Positions 12,364 through 24,987 of a stretch of DNA of 64,000 nucleotides are shown here, piece by piece. Position numbers and translations under genes: made by a program. Location: the NCBI RefSeq assembly GCF_001194135.2, contig NC_068994.1, forward strand, positions 4,616,997 through 4,680,996. The letters are read 5' to 3'. Numbering within the stretch: the first letter of the stretch is position 1; every line of letters begins with the position of its first letter. Below the pieces are notes generated by a model that saw only the letters and a program-made list of their open reading frames with translations, did no database searches and had not been told where the DNA came from. The DNA comes from Octopus bimaculoides. Lineage: Eukaryota.

Positions 12364-12500
12364 CATCAACATCATTTAATGTCCACTCTTCCAATCTGGC
12401 ATGGGTCAGGTGGAATTTCTCGAAGTGGATTTTCTGCAGCTAGATGCATTTCCTGTCACCAACGCTCACCTGTTTCCAAGAAAGGTAACAATTCTCTCCT
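12364..12500 (-). mobile_element. Diverged RTE-tail-related fragment
   Basis: catcatttaatgtcc...tggcatgggtc...cagctagatgcatttcctgtcaccaac. Confidence 0.55.
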
Positions 12501-12675
12501 CGGTCAAAAACTGTTTCATGGAAGAATGGAAACAAAACAACCCCACAGATATAACAATGATGCTGACTTACAAGCACCAGAGCATGTCTCAACAAAGGTG
12601 CACACAAACATATACATACATACATACATATGTATTCACACGCACATATATATCATATGTATGCCTACATACAAG

Positions 12676-12832
12676 TTCCTTTCAGTTTCATCTACCAAAT
12701 TTACTCACAAGACTTTCGCTAGATCAGGGCTACAGTAGGAGCCTCTTGCCCAAAGTGCCATGCACTGGGATCGATCCTACGTCCACACAGTTGGGAAGCA
12801 GGCTTCTTAACCACAGAGCCATGCCTGCACCT
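12676..12832 (-). mobile_element. SINE-A 5' half
   Basis: tttcagtttcatctaccaaat...cttgcccaaagtgcc...gccatgcctgcacct. Confidence 0.75.
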
Positions 12833-13157
12833 ATATATATATATATACACACACACACTCATATACATGTAAGTATACACACATATATATATACACATGT
12901 CTATACATGCATATATATATACACAGATATATACATACATATGTCTATACATGCATATATATACATAAATATACATATCTCTAAATATACTCATAGATAT
13001 ACATATATAGGCATTCATATATATATATATATATANNNNNNNNNNNNNNNNNNNNNNNNNNNNNNNNNNNNNNNNNNNNNNNNNNNNNNNNNNNNNNNNN
13101 NNNNNNNNNNNNNNNNNNNNNNNNNNNNNNNNNNNNNNNNNNNNNNNNNNNNNNNNN

Positions 13158-13196
<39 letters not shown>

Positions 13197-13407
13197 ATAC
13201 ACATTCATACTATATATATAAAATAAATACATACACATTCATACTATATATACCCACAAATACACACACATATATACACATGCATACATATATATAGATA
13301 TGTATACCCACACACATACACATATTTATGCATATATATATATTTATTTATTTATTTATATATATATATATTTAGACATACATGTCCATTTTCAACCGCA
13401 TATATTC

Positions 13408-13440
<33 letters not shown>

Positions 13441-13859
13441 TATTTTATCAAATGATGTTTGCAAATAACAAAGAAAGAAATGGAATACATAGGGATAACG
13501 GCGAGACAATACATACCTGCTGTCATATGCAGTGTCCTGTCCAAGAGAAAAGACCCTGAAATTGGTCTCAAGTGGAAGGGCCAAAGTGTCCTGTACAGAT
13601 GACCTGGTCTAATTTTGTCCGGACTGGTTGGAGGTGAGAGAGTATCTTCTATCCTAAGCAGAACCGTACCACGTTCAATTCCAGTCAGTCAATAAAGAAT
13701 CCTTTAGTTTTGAAATCTCACTCTTCCTACATTATATATATACATATATCTATATACATATACATATATATACAGTACTGTAGCTTTATTTGAAAAATTT
13801 AATTAATTCATTAAATTTTAATTAATTTGATCACATGAAAACGGTTATTATTTTACAGC

Positions 13860-14560
13860 TCTTAGCTTTTTCTTTGCCGGGGGTCTGTTCCGTTGTAGCT
13901 GAACACGAAAAGGTTAAGGCGGACATTGAGGAAAATAATTAAAAATTAAAATCGCCTGAACCAGCAAAGCCCCCTTTTAATGAATGGAAAATCTGGAGCG
14001 AAGAACCAACAGCTTCGAACGGGCGATTTAAAGAAGTTAGTTACATTTTTATATTTGTGTTTTTCTACAATTATTATATCTGTCATGTGTTGTCCGTGTG
14101 TCTGCCTGGTGCCACTGTGTTTATATACACACATATATACACACATACATACATATACATATATATATATGTATATATATATATAACCACGCACCCACAA
14201 TTTAAATGAATCACTTGCTGTTTTGTTGGTTCGTCGGCGGCGGCGGAGGAGCGGAGGAGGGGGGGATCTTGGAGTTGTTTTTAGTTCCTCTTTGAGACAA
14301 GTTGGAAGCAGATTATTGCGTATCCTTTTTTAGCAGACAGGCTGTGATACAAAGGGGGTTGTTGGCAAAGTGTGTTTAAAAAAAGTTTCAAGAGGACAGT
14401 GTCGTGGAAAAAAGAGCCTTTTTCCTAATGCGATCTCATGCTACTGCAATAGAGTGGCTCACTGCCACCCACTCCGCCCCTTTCCCCCCCCTCTCCCCCA
14501 ATGTAAACATAAGGGAGGTAATCCACTCGGCTTGCCCTCTCTACAGCTTGGAAGCCAGGA
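13860..14560. promoter_or_regulatory. CpG-enriched promoter-like island with no coding exon identified in the window
   Basis: (CGG)4 at 14235-14246, GC box CCGCCC at 14474 and many CpGs in an otherwise CpG-poor region. Minus-strand donor CAG|GTATGT nearby at 13517/13516. Confidence 0.4.
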
Positions 14561-14691
14561 CTTTTAAAATTACACACACACACATACATATGTATATATA
14601 TATATATGTGAATAAATATATTGATATATGTGTATATGCAAATATATATATATTTATGTGCGTGTGTGTAATTATATATACATACATACAT

Positions 14692-14723
<32 letters not shown>

Positions 14724-15859
14724 TGTCTAAATGTCCATATTGTATATTTAGTTAAAATCATATGTTGTTATAATTAATATTATTGAATAAAAAAAACATT
14801 ACAAATAAAGTATTATTATTGTGGTGGTTGTTGTTATGCACGCAATACATTAGGCGCAAAGTGTTAGTGTCTTTGTGTATGTCTATATACACATGTCTAT
14901 ATATATGTGTGTGTGTGTGTGTGTGTGACGCGTGTTTATGTCTGTATGTGTGTAATTCCAGACTAAAAACGGAAATTATTTTATTTCTGAATTCCTAAAA
15001 AGTTGATGTACAAACTATCAACTGAAATATGATTCAATTGAAAAACAGGACAAGAGAAAAACATTGAGACTAAGAGAATAAAGAGGCATACATTTTGCTC
15101 TGACGTGGAAGAAATTACGACCATCGATGTTTTTCGCTTGTCACCGGTCTCTTTGTTGTTAAGGCTTTGATCTTTCCTGTAAAATTCTGTTTACATTTTG
15201 CTTGATACGGTCTTAGTTCCACGCCTTGGCACGCTTTGGATTATATTCACTGATTCTGTTCTTCGTTTGGCGAGATACAATATTGGTGGATTACACACAC
15301 ATACATAGATAACATACATACATAGTATATGTGTGTGTGTGTCATTTTATATAAATGTACATACATAGTTGTTTGGTAAAGAGGTGTGATTCGTAACCAC
15401 GTGCTTACGAATTCGATTCCATTGCGTAGCAAGTGTCTTCTCCCGTGGCCCCTGGTCGACACGTATCCTATGTTTACAGTTTAGTTGACGGAAACTGTGC
15501 GGAATCTCGTGTGTGGCAGTGACTGTTGATTTGCTTTCCCTAATGTCAGATTGTAATCTAGCCATTCGGTGGACAGAAATCGATAAAATAAGTCCTACTC
15601 AAAATGAAGATTAAGTTCAATATGACAAATTTAAACTGTCTTAAATAGCACCACAGCATGAATGCAGTCTCGTAACTAAAATCAGTAGAAGTTATACATA
15701 CATAGACAAAGCCTGCTTTGGATTGTGAAGAAGTTCTCTAGAGGATGGTATGGCTGTATGGGTAAGAAGTTCACCAAGGCTTGGTTCTCAGCTCTCTCTT
15801 GTTTATCACAGTAACTCCAGGCCTTAACAGAGGAATTCAAAACCGGCTGTGTGTATAAC

Positions 15860-16283
15860 ACAAGTAAGACTCAAAAGAGATCTAAGGAAGAATGTGACGA
15901 TCGAGAAGGTGAATGACAATGACCTTATTCTGTGCACAGTCTGTGACAGACGATGCCTTTCTTTTGCTGGGCTCAAATCTAATTTGTGAACCCATGAAAA
16001 ACAAACCTCCACCAACTATTCTGCCTATATATTTGAGCACACGTTTGAATGCAGTGTATGGCAGAAGGTTTGCAAATCTAATGGAGGCCTCAAAAGACAT
16101 TTAAAGATCCACAAAGATCAGAACTTATCTGCAGCTCTTGGTGGTCCAAATCGGATGTGCAATCTAAGTGGGTGTCTTTTCAAAATATTGTCTGGTTTAA
16201 AAAGCCACATCAGATACCATAATGGTTCTAAGGTGTGGGTACAGGAGGTGGTCAAACTCTGCATAAGGCGTAGACAACCACCA
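15860..16283 (+). mobile_element. Second, longer and degraded copy of the zinc-finger-tailed LINE-like 3' end
   Basis: RLKRDLRK, then three finger remnants (CDRRCLSFAGLKS, FECSVWQKVCKSNGGLKRHLKIH, GLKSHIRYH). Shares the tail gtggtcaaactctgcataagg(a/c)gtagacaaccacca followed by a microsatellite. Confidence 0.62.
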
Positions 16284-16310
16284 TATATATATGTGTGTGT
16301 GTGTGTGTGT

Positions 16311-16440
16311 ATCATCATCATCGTTGAACATCCGCCTGCTAGCATGGGTGAGACGGTTTCACAAGAGCTGGCCTGCACCAGACTTCTGTGATTGTTTTGG
16401 TAGGATTTTTACAGCTGGATGCCCTTCCTAAAATCAACCA
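16311..16440 (-). mobile_element. RTE-a tail fragment
   Basis: (cat)n...gctagcatgggtgagacgg...acagctggatgcccttccta. Confidence 0.75.
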
Positions 16441-16694
16441 TTCAGCAGAATATATATATATATATATCAGTGGGTTGCTATATACTGAAATTGAATAGTG
16501 GTGGTCATCTTATCAGAATTTCTATCTAATTCAATATGAGATGAAGTGTGCTGCATACATTGATTAATAGGCTTTATTGATCTTCATATGTATCTTCTAT
16601 TTAGCATTATCTATACAATTTTTGTCTATGCTTGAGGCTAACCATGATCATTTGGATCATTTTGGATCCCACAACTTTAGTCTACTCTGTGGGG

Positions 16695-16843
16695 CAGTTG
16701 TTGTTAGGAAGGGCATCTAACTGTACAAATCATGTCAAAATAGACACTGAAGCTTGGTGCAGTCTTCTGTCTAGCCAGCCCCTGCCAAACCATCCAACTC
16801 ATGTCAGCATGGAAAGCATCCCTTGCATGATGATGATGATGAT
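16695..16843 (+). mobile_element. RTE-a tail fragment
   Basis: gttaggaagggcatct...ccaactcatgtcagcatggaaagc...(tga)n. Confidence 0.75.
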
Positions 16844-17959
16844 ACGTGTTGAAAAAAAATGGAGGCAGAGTAAAGTGTGACACATGACCAAACTGAAGCT
16901 CAGTAATGGGCTCCACAATCCACACCAGTATCTCGTAAAACAACACAGTGGACACCAAACTTGGGATAGGCTAGAGTGCAGAGTACAAGCCAAATAATAG
17001 GCAGAAAACAGGTGTGGTATTCAAAGATTTGTAGGACATGCACATGTTTTAGCAACGTGCTGAAATAATAGCATAAGTAGAAACATTATATGCAATCATG
17101 TCCTACCATAAATAAAAAAATCTATTTTGAAACTCCAGATATATAAACATTTCCCTATTAAGCAAATGTTGAAGACTTGCAAGTCACCAAAATAGCAAAT
17201 ATCAAGCAAGTCTGAACAGGGCTATGTCCTTTTCGAAACCAAAATATGAGAGAGGCTTGGCACGGTTCTGACATGCATGATGTGGTGCTTTATCAGTTAT
17301 TTATCTGACCTGCGACGTTTTCATCATTTGCATAGCAGGGAAAAGATTATATATTCGGAGTTTCCACATAGATTGCTGCATTTATGGCAAGACACTGATG
17401 AGGTGAAATGCAGGACTGAATAATGTTTCTACATGTTTTATAATTAATTCAGAAGGTTGCTGAAATACGTGTATGTCCTGTAAAGCTTTGAACACCATAC
17501 TTGTTTTCTGCTTACTATATACATATATGACAAATAATTTTTTTTTTTGTTGTTGTTATGAGTAACAAATATACAACTAGTATTCCAGCAAGTGTTTGGC
17601 CCAAAAAATAATGAGGAATGAATACAAGTAGTGCTTTTAGATTCTTAATAAAATGCAAAAACATATGCGTGTAAACACCTGTGTGTGTGTGTGCATGTGT
17701 GTGTGTGTGTGTGTGTTTGTGTTATGTCTGAATTCAAAAGCAAGAAAAATAGGGTAAAATTTCTCATTTATAAATAATAAAAAGACAACATGAGCAATAG
17801 TTTTATTGAAGTAAAAAAAGGAAGTGGTTTCTATAGAATTTTATTATCTATGGCTGCTTTATTGACTGACCTTTCACTAAACACAGTATCTTATGCCTTA
17901 AACAGATACAACCAGTCTATGTCAGGTTGGCTATGAAAGTATGTCCCAAAAACAGAAGG

Positions 17960-18106
17960 AAAAAAAAGGCATCCAGTGCATTCTGTAAAGTGGTTGATGT
18001 AAGGGAGGGACATCTCACCATAGAAAGCCGATTTGAAAATTGAGGCAACATGATGTGGTTCTCCAACCCATGCCAGCATAGAAAGCAGACATAAATATGA
18101 TGAGAT
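17960..18106 (+). mobile_element. RTE-a-related tail fragment
   Basis: gtggttgatgtaaggga...ccaacccatgccagcatagaaagcagac. Confidence 0.6.
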
Positions 18107-18315
18107 GGTGGAGGGTGTTGGGGTGGGGGTGGGGGGTACAGGGAAGTTGTGACAGTGGCTGGGGTGCGTGATAATGCTATTGTTGTTGGTGGTGGTGCTG
18201 ATGCCTCAGCAAGTAAACTGAAGTCTGTAACTTCACTGAGGAAATCTGATCCCACATAAGTTTGTTCACACACACATATATATATATATATGTATATATA
18301 TATACACACGATGGA

Positions 18316-18472
18316 TTTCTTTCAGTTTCTGCCTATGAAATCCACTAACAAAGCTTTGGTTGGTCCATGGCTACAGTAGAAGACACTTGCCCAAGGTGCC
18401 ACACAGTGGGACTGAACCCGGCACCATGTGGTTGGGAAGCAATCTTCTTACCACACAGCCACTCCTGCACCC
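18316..18472 (-). mobile_element. SINE-A 5' half
   Basis: Close match to the head and core (ttaccacacagccactcctgcacc). Confidence 0.85.
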
Positions 18473-19999
18473 ATATGCATATTTAAAAAATTAAAATTTA
18501 AAAGATATTTGAAATAATTTGGGGCATCAATCAAGTCATGTATTTGCAGAAAAGGCCATAGTTGGTTCTTGGGACTTATTTGAATGAAACAGGAAGGAGA
18601 AAAGGCAAAGCTGACCAGGGTACAATTTGAAGTCAGATTGCAGTAAAATGAATGCTGCATGGTAAATTGTCCATTGCTCTACCAATTCTGGAGCCTCTCT
18701 GTCAGTACTCACTCTGCTAGAAATAGCAACAAAATCTCCTTCAAAACACCCTTGCTGCCTCATTTTCCTTGTTCAGGTTCCGTGCTAACAATGGTTAGAC
18801 TCATCCAACACATGACGTGTGTATGTGTGTGTGTGTGCGTGCGTGCACACGTGTGTGTTTGTATAATATATATTTATGTTTATGTATATGTGTGCGTGCA
18901 TATGTGTGTGTGTAATACATATTTATGTTTATGTATGTGTGTGTGTGTGTAATACATATTTATGTTTATGTATGTGTGTGTGTGTAATATATATTTATGT
19001 TTATGTATGTGTTTGTGTGTAATATATATTTGTGTGTGTGTGTATTTGTGTAGATCTTTGCTGTTAAGCATTTCACCTTAGCATGCTAATGTTTCTGCCA
19101 AAGCAGAAATGTATGGAAGGACAATGGCATCATCAAACTGTTGGAGATGTTATGAAAAACATCAGCTTCATCATTTCTTGTAATTAAGGTAAAAATTGTG
19201 CGGCATTTTTTCAGACTCAATTATGTTCTGATTTCAAATGTTGTTCAGGTTGACTTTACTTTGCATCCTTTTGGGGGTCAATAACAGAAGTATCAGTTAA
19301 GAACTGGGGGCAATGGGACTGACTTCTTCCCCCAAATCTGCTAGCCTTGTACCAACATTTAAGACTACTGAATTGTCTATGAGCTGATGTGTGTCGTGTG
19401 TGTGTGTGCATGTGCATGTGTGTGTTGTCAGCATACATGTGCATGTTATGTGTTGGTGTTCTGTGTGTGCATGTGTTGTTGTTGCATGTGTGTGTGTGTT
19501 ACACGTGTGCATGTCTTGTGTAAGTATGTGAGTGTGTGTTGTGTAAGTACGTGTGCATGTGTGTGTGTGTTACACGTGTGCATGTCTTGTGTAAGTATGT
19601 GAGTGTGTGTTGTGTAAGTATGTGTGTGTTGTGTGTGTTAAAGCTACGATATTTATTATTAGGAATCTACTTTTATACTTCTTTCTGTTAATAACATACA
19701 TATTTCTAATAATTAAACATTAATAATTAATAAAGATATAATTAACATTTGATTATAATTTAGAAATTTTAATAATCTTTTGCCATTAGAAATTAATTTT
19801 AGCTTTCTGCACATCTTAATAACATTTCCACTTCTAATATTAAACGTGGTTCCACACCCAAACACCCGCCCTACAATTATAATTCATTAATCTTAATTGC
19901 ACTTACGTTAATCTTGTATATTAATTTCAGAGTCACTCCTTAATGAACAATGTAACATTATAACCTGCCTGTTCTTTTTTCTTTTCTTTTCTTTAACAT

Positions 20000-20967
20000 A
20001 AAGCAGTGAGATGGCAAAATTGTTAGCAAGCTGGGTGAAATGCTTAGCAATATTTTGTCCATCTTCACATTCTGAGTTTGAATTCTGCCAAGGTCGACAT
20101 TCCTTTTCGTTCTTTTAGGATCGATAAACTAAGTACCAATTGAGCACTGGGGGTCAATGTAATTGATTTACCTGCTGCCTCAAAATTTCCGGCCTTGTGC
20201 CAAAATTTGAAGTTCCTATAATGCGGTAAAATGACAAAATCATTAGCATACTGGACAAAATGATTAAGGATATTTCCTGCCGAGGTCGACCTTGGCTTTT
20301 ATCTTTCAGAGTTGATAAACTAAGAACCAGTTGAATGGGGATTCAAAATAATCGACTTAACTCCTCCCCTAACATTACTGGCCTTGTGCTACAATTGGAA
20401 AGCAACGTTTCTTTTAACCACAACCTAAAATCTATCAGACACCAGTCCTGATAAATATCCTCTGACTGGATTCAGTAGGAAATCTCTAAGACCAACATGA
20501 ATTCCATTAATACATCAAATATCTCGACAATTAATAAATATTCAATATTAGCTTCAAATTTCAGCACAAGGCCAGTAATTTCAAGGTAGGAAGGCGCAAG
20601 TCAAATTATGTTGACCCTAGAGTTCAACTGGTACTTATTTTATTGACCTTAAAAGGATAAAAGTCAAAGTCAACTCAGCAGAATTTGAACAAGGAAGAAA
20701 TGCCTCTGGGCACTTTGTCCAGCGTGCTAACTCTGCTGCCAGTTTGTCATCCGAAATATATCCATGTTTAATATCATTATTTGAAACAATAAGGTGGCCG
20801 CCTGGCAAAATCTTTAGTGTATTGAACAAAAATGCTTAGCAATATTTGCTTTATCTCTTTACTTTCTGAGTTCAAATCTTGTGGAGATCAACTTTGCCTT
20901 TCATCCTTTCAGGGTTGATAAATTAAATACCAGTTGCATGATTTGTCAATGTAATCGACTGTCCCAC
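20000..20967. mobile_element. Cluster of four SINE-C copies (+,+,-,+)
   Basis: Copies at about 20000-20210 (+), 20220-20400 (+), 20553-20752 (-) and 20791-20967 (+). Confidence 0.75.
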
Positions 20968-22095
20968 ATAGAATGCCCAAAACACACTCTATACCACCAA
21001 CCTTCTGTGTCATTAAATTAGATATTTCATATAATATTGATGTTTCTTATCAAGCTCTCTCGTATCATAATTTAAATCTTATTTCATAAAATATAATTAT
21101 ATTTTAATTATATAACTTTATGGATTTACAACCTCTCACAAAAGCAGAGCTGTTACGCAAAAAAAACTTTTTATAAACTCATTTAATTATGAGAATATAT
21201 CTTTGTGTGTACAATACCGTTCACATGAATTATAGCATTTGTCGCACTTAGAAAAACACTTTCCCTTAAATTTAAAAATTAATAATTTACTCAGTTAGTT
21301 TTCACCTGTATTTAAAGATATTTAATTACCTTTGCATAATTAATACAACACTCCTAAATAACAGCACTTGTCAGCACCATGAAATTCCAATTTAGAATTA
21401 AAATAAAAAATTTAGCTGTTTTTTTCTTCTCCCGCCTGTAAAGATACACAAAGAGATGAGGATATATTTATGATTCTCCTAAGCCGGAGTCTGTCATTTC
21501 TAGTCATTCTTCTTTTAACAAGAATTGCATGGCACATTCTAGATGTAAAGATATACAAGAAATTGTTTGTTCAAACGCACACCAAATAATAAATTATGGA
21601 TTATACATATTCAGTTAACAGAATATGCAACTTGGAAAAAAAAACCCTCTTTTTCAACCATTTTATCTTCTTTGGTTAAACCAAAACTAAACTTAGCTTT
21701 TTGTCTTTTATTCTCTAGTCGTTGGGCTGTGCCCATGCTGGAGTATTGTCTTGAAGGATTTAGTCAAATAAATTGCTTCTTGTGCTTATTGTTCTAAGCC
21801 CTTTTTTTTGCTGAACTGCTAAGTCAGTCCTGACATCCTACATGTTGAAGCACCTAGATTCTAATGAATTCTGTAACCATTCTATATATACGTATCTATA
21901 TATGTATGCAACTCTTAATCCAGGCACAGCTTTTTTTCTCTCCATTCTTTTTCTTTTCTCTCTTCATTCCTTTCTAGAGAAGAGACTGGACTCAAAATGT
22001 CGAAGATGCTTCCATATGTTTAAAAGACACTCCCTAGTGTAAGCACCTCTATTGTTTGCTAAATCCTATTTCTCAATGTTTCTGACAGAATGGAG

Positions 22096-22132
<37 letters not shown>

Positions 22133-22259
22133 CTGACATACCTTTCTACAGAAAGGTTTTTAAATTTAAATATTTAGAAAACATTGCAAACTAACAGACC
22201 ATGTTCTTTTTTTTTTTATATTAGACTTGTGTAAAAAGAACACTATGAACAAGATATTT

Positions 22260-22483
22260 TTAACCCTTTAGCATTTAAATTGACCACATCTGGCTCAAAT
22301 ATTCAACCTGATTTGTGTTCAAACTGGCCAAATCTGGCTTCTCCCATCTCTTCTGCAATATTATTCTAAATATAAACTACCACATCATCAAACTCCTGAA
22401 GCTACAAGGCATCTCATGATTAATTCAAAACAATGTGAATAAATGAGTATCAAGTTAGACAGAATAATCTGAATGCTAAGGGG
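22260..22483 (+). mobile_element. MITE-F, piggyBac-like non-autonomous element
   Basis: TTAA at 22260, then TIR ccctttagcatt (22264-22275) and inverted aatgctaagggg (22472-22483). Further copies at 24800-24987, 34327-34500 and 35480-35645. CCCT ends with TTAA target sites are established piggyBac hallmarks. Confidence 0.7.
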
Positions 22484-22572
22484 TCGAAGAATAAGTCCTG
22501 GGGTCGATTGTCTCGACTAAAGGTGGTGCTCCAGCATGGCCGCAGTCAGATGACTGAAACAAGTAAAAGAGG
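22484..22572 (+). mobile_element. SINE-A 3' end abutting MITE-F
   Basis: aagaataagtcctggggtcgattgtctcgactaaaggtggtgctccagcatggccgcagtcagatgactgaaacaagtaaaagag. Confidence 0.8.
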
Positions 22573-23380
22573 AATGAATCGGTTCTACTTCTAAGACACA
22601 AAATAGCTTCACAATTTTTTTAAAAAATAATATCTTACAATATTCAATTATAAAAATACAAGGAGATTTTTTTAAACAGGAATTGGCTATGGGGGTGCAG
22701 GTGAGTAAAAAAAAAAAGGGGGGGATCAAAGGGGTCCATCGGCAAAACATGGTTGAGTATCATTGGTCTACATCACCGAGTTGTAACCTACCTGTTGATT
22801 CCTATACAACCAGTAAGATGTACAAACACAGAGCTAGTGACATGGCAACATTGTTATCTTTAACCATTCACTCAGGTGATAGTAAAGTGCAGACAATTCA
22901 TCGATTGGACAATAAGTTGACATGTGGAAGTATCAATCATGGAGTTCATCAAAATGGAATGAGGAGGCAGAAAGCTTCTATACAAAGGGTGGGCCTATAT
23001 TATTGACAAAACTGACAGATTGTCCAATTGGTCAATTGTCCTACCTGTAAGTTGTCTGTCGACGAATTGTCCATCTTACCGTTATTTAATATGCAGGACA
23101 AATTCAATTTATTATTTGTTTTCTCTTCTTTATTCAATGACAATAATATGTAGTGTGGTACTGCTATATAGTATTCTACATGGCATTGCAGCTGTGCATA
23201 CAGGTGTATGACAGCAGGGCTATATGTAAAATGTCTACACAATACGTCCATGCTTGTGTTTACATTGTTTTTTTGTTTGTTAGTGCATTGGTTTTCATTT
23301 TTTTTTTTTCCAATTTCCTCTACCTTCTTCAATGTCCAGAATAGAAAAAAAAGGTAGTTTTAACATAGAAGGAAATATAT

Positions 23381-23710
23381 ATTACAATATAGGATTTCTC
23401 TTTGTTCTGACATTCCACAAAGTTCACGGAAATATAATTATGTAACAACGTGGGACCTCTTTTGGTCCCCGGATTTCCACAAAAGTTCACAGAAATATAT
23501 TATTTTTTTTTTTTTTATATTACAACTGTAGGACTTCTCTTAGTCTGCACATTTCCACAAAGTTCATGGAAATAAATGTTTTATATTACAATGTAGGACC
23601 CCTCTCGGTTGTCAAATTTCCACAATGTTCTTGGAAATATATATATATATATATATATATAGCAATGTTGGATGACCTGTCTTGGTCTTCACATTTTCAC
23701 AAAGTTCTTG
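23381..23710 (+). repeat. Degenerate 63-77-bp tandem repeat, 5 units
   Basis: Units start at about 23381, 23444, 23521, 23587 and 23662. Conserved blocks acaatgtaggacc and ttccacaaagttc(a/t)(c/t)ggaaata. Confidence 0.85.
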
Positions 23711-23853
23711 TTTAAACAAAAGCTGCTGCTTCTCTCCCTTAGACTAAGTTTCAATTGATTGTAAAAATAACAGCTCCAGTGCTATAGAACCTCTTCTCTC
23801 TCTCTCTCTGTATGCATGCATATGTGTGTGTGTGTGCATATATATATATATAT

Positions 23854-24090
23854 CACGTGACTGACCAGGCTATCAGATATTGTTACACATCGCCGGTCAC
23901 AATGCACTTTTGTAGTGTTTTAACCTTCAAATGACGCCACCCCCCGCTGGCAAGGCGACCGGCCCGACATTCCCCACCGATTGAAAGGGGAGGGCTAGGG
24001 CAGAGTGAAACGAAGTCTTTTACTCAAGAACGCAAAGGAGTTGGAGCCAGAATCGTGAGAGCAAGAGCCTAACCACTAGGCTTCCACACC
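23854..24090 (-). mobile_element. SINE-D, internally deleted copy
   Basis: Head remnant (ctaaccactaggc) and gtgaaacgaagtcttttactcaagaac match 60522-60560. Ends in a (TA)n tract on the left. Confidence 0.55.
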
Positions 24091-24799
24091 TTCACACACG
24101 TCTTTACCACTTCTTCTCAGGTCTTCCTCTCTTATAGTCTGCCACTCCATCATTCTCTCTCTCTCTCTTGTATCTCACAGACTTCAGATCAAACAGTCAA
24201 TCACACAGGTACAAACAACAGGGAGTTGCAATGTGGCAGCAGTGAAAGTTCTCTCAAAAATTAAGAGACCAAAACTAAATGTCTTCAGTATTTAATACAG
24301 CATAAACTGCAATAGATTCAATGTTAATTAAATAATTAAGTTCAACAAACAGATTAATTGATTAGGAATTTCTTGGCACCCATTTATCAAGTAGTCCCTA
24401 TTTTTAATCTGTTAAAGTAGCCATGTGCCTTGTCATTTCTGGCTAGTGGCATTTGTGACCTAATTGTGTTTGCCTGTCACCTGTCCATCTAGTTGTCTTC
24501 ATCTCACTTGTCTATCTAATGACTATCTTATCAACCTGTGTACTTCTCTATTGCATTGGTCTCATACAGGAAGCTAAATCGTACCCCAATACACCCAATT
24601 CAACTTGGGTACCTTACTGCAACCCCACCACCCAGCAGCCTTCTAATGAATCGGACACACCCTTATCCACTTCATTGTCAGGTACATAATGTGGATCATT
24701 TACTCAAGGGATAAAGAGATACCAAAAGGGGCCCACTTATCCAGTCAGAAAATCAGCTTCAGTCGTCTTTAAGATTCAGATCTCTTTGTCAACCATGTT

Positions 24800-24987
24800 G
24801 TCTATTTATTCACATTGTTTTCAATTAGTGACACATTGACTTGTAGTTTCAAGATTTCAATGGTGTGTTTGTATATTTTTTAGAATGACATTGTAAAGTA
24901 GCTCTGGAACATTGGATCTGGTCAGTTTTAATGTAAAACAGGCAGAATATCTGGGCCAGACATGGCTAGATTAAATGCTAAAGGGTT
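24800..24987 (-). mobile_element. MITE-F partial copy
   Basis: tatttattcacattgttt...tagaatgacatt...aaatgctaaaggg. Confidence 0.65.

Larger units (their letters stand above)
11630..13440. repeat. Extended (TA)n/(CA)n/(TACA)n compound microsatellite field with gaps and embedded SINE/LINE pieces
   Basis: Directly visible. Comparable fields at 14570-14930, 18810-19045, 19385-19640, 37540-38610, 45060-45690, 51120-51540 and 58270-58620. Confidence 0.9.

Noticed and set aside
14510-14525. 14-mer aagggaggtaatcc shared (inverted) with 31543-31556, both in promoter-like islands
   Set aside because: Some 14-mer matches are expected by chance in 64 kb on two strands, and it overlaps a donor-like consensus.
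17395-17415. Hammerhead-like CTGATGA...GAAA (also CTGACGA...GAAA near 46886)
   Set aside because: Only 3 nt separate the core motifs, too short for stem II, and no stems I/III are evident.
18113-18143. G-quadruplex-capable G-runs
   Set aside because: They are part of a repeat tail in low-complexity sequence, with no link to a gene feature.
22683-23344. Three ORFs of 63-110 aa in non-repetitive sequence, and clustered aattgtcc motifs at 23018-23072
   Set aside because: No recognisable domain or coherent splice frame; the motif cluster is too short to classify.
23381-23710. Repeat with variable interiors superficially like a CRISPR array
   Set aside because: Eukaryotic DNA, degenerate repeats, homologous interiors and no cas genes.
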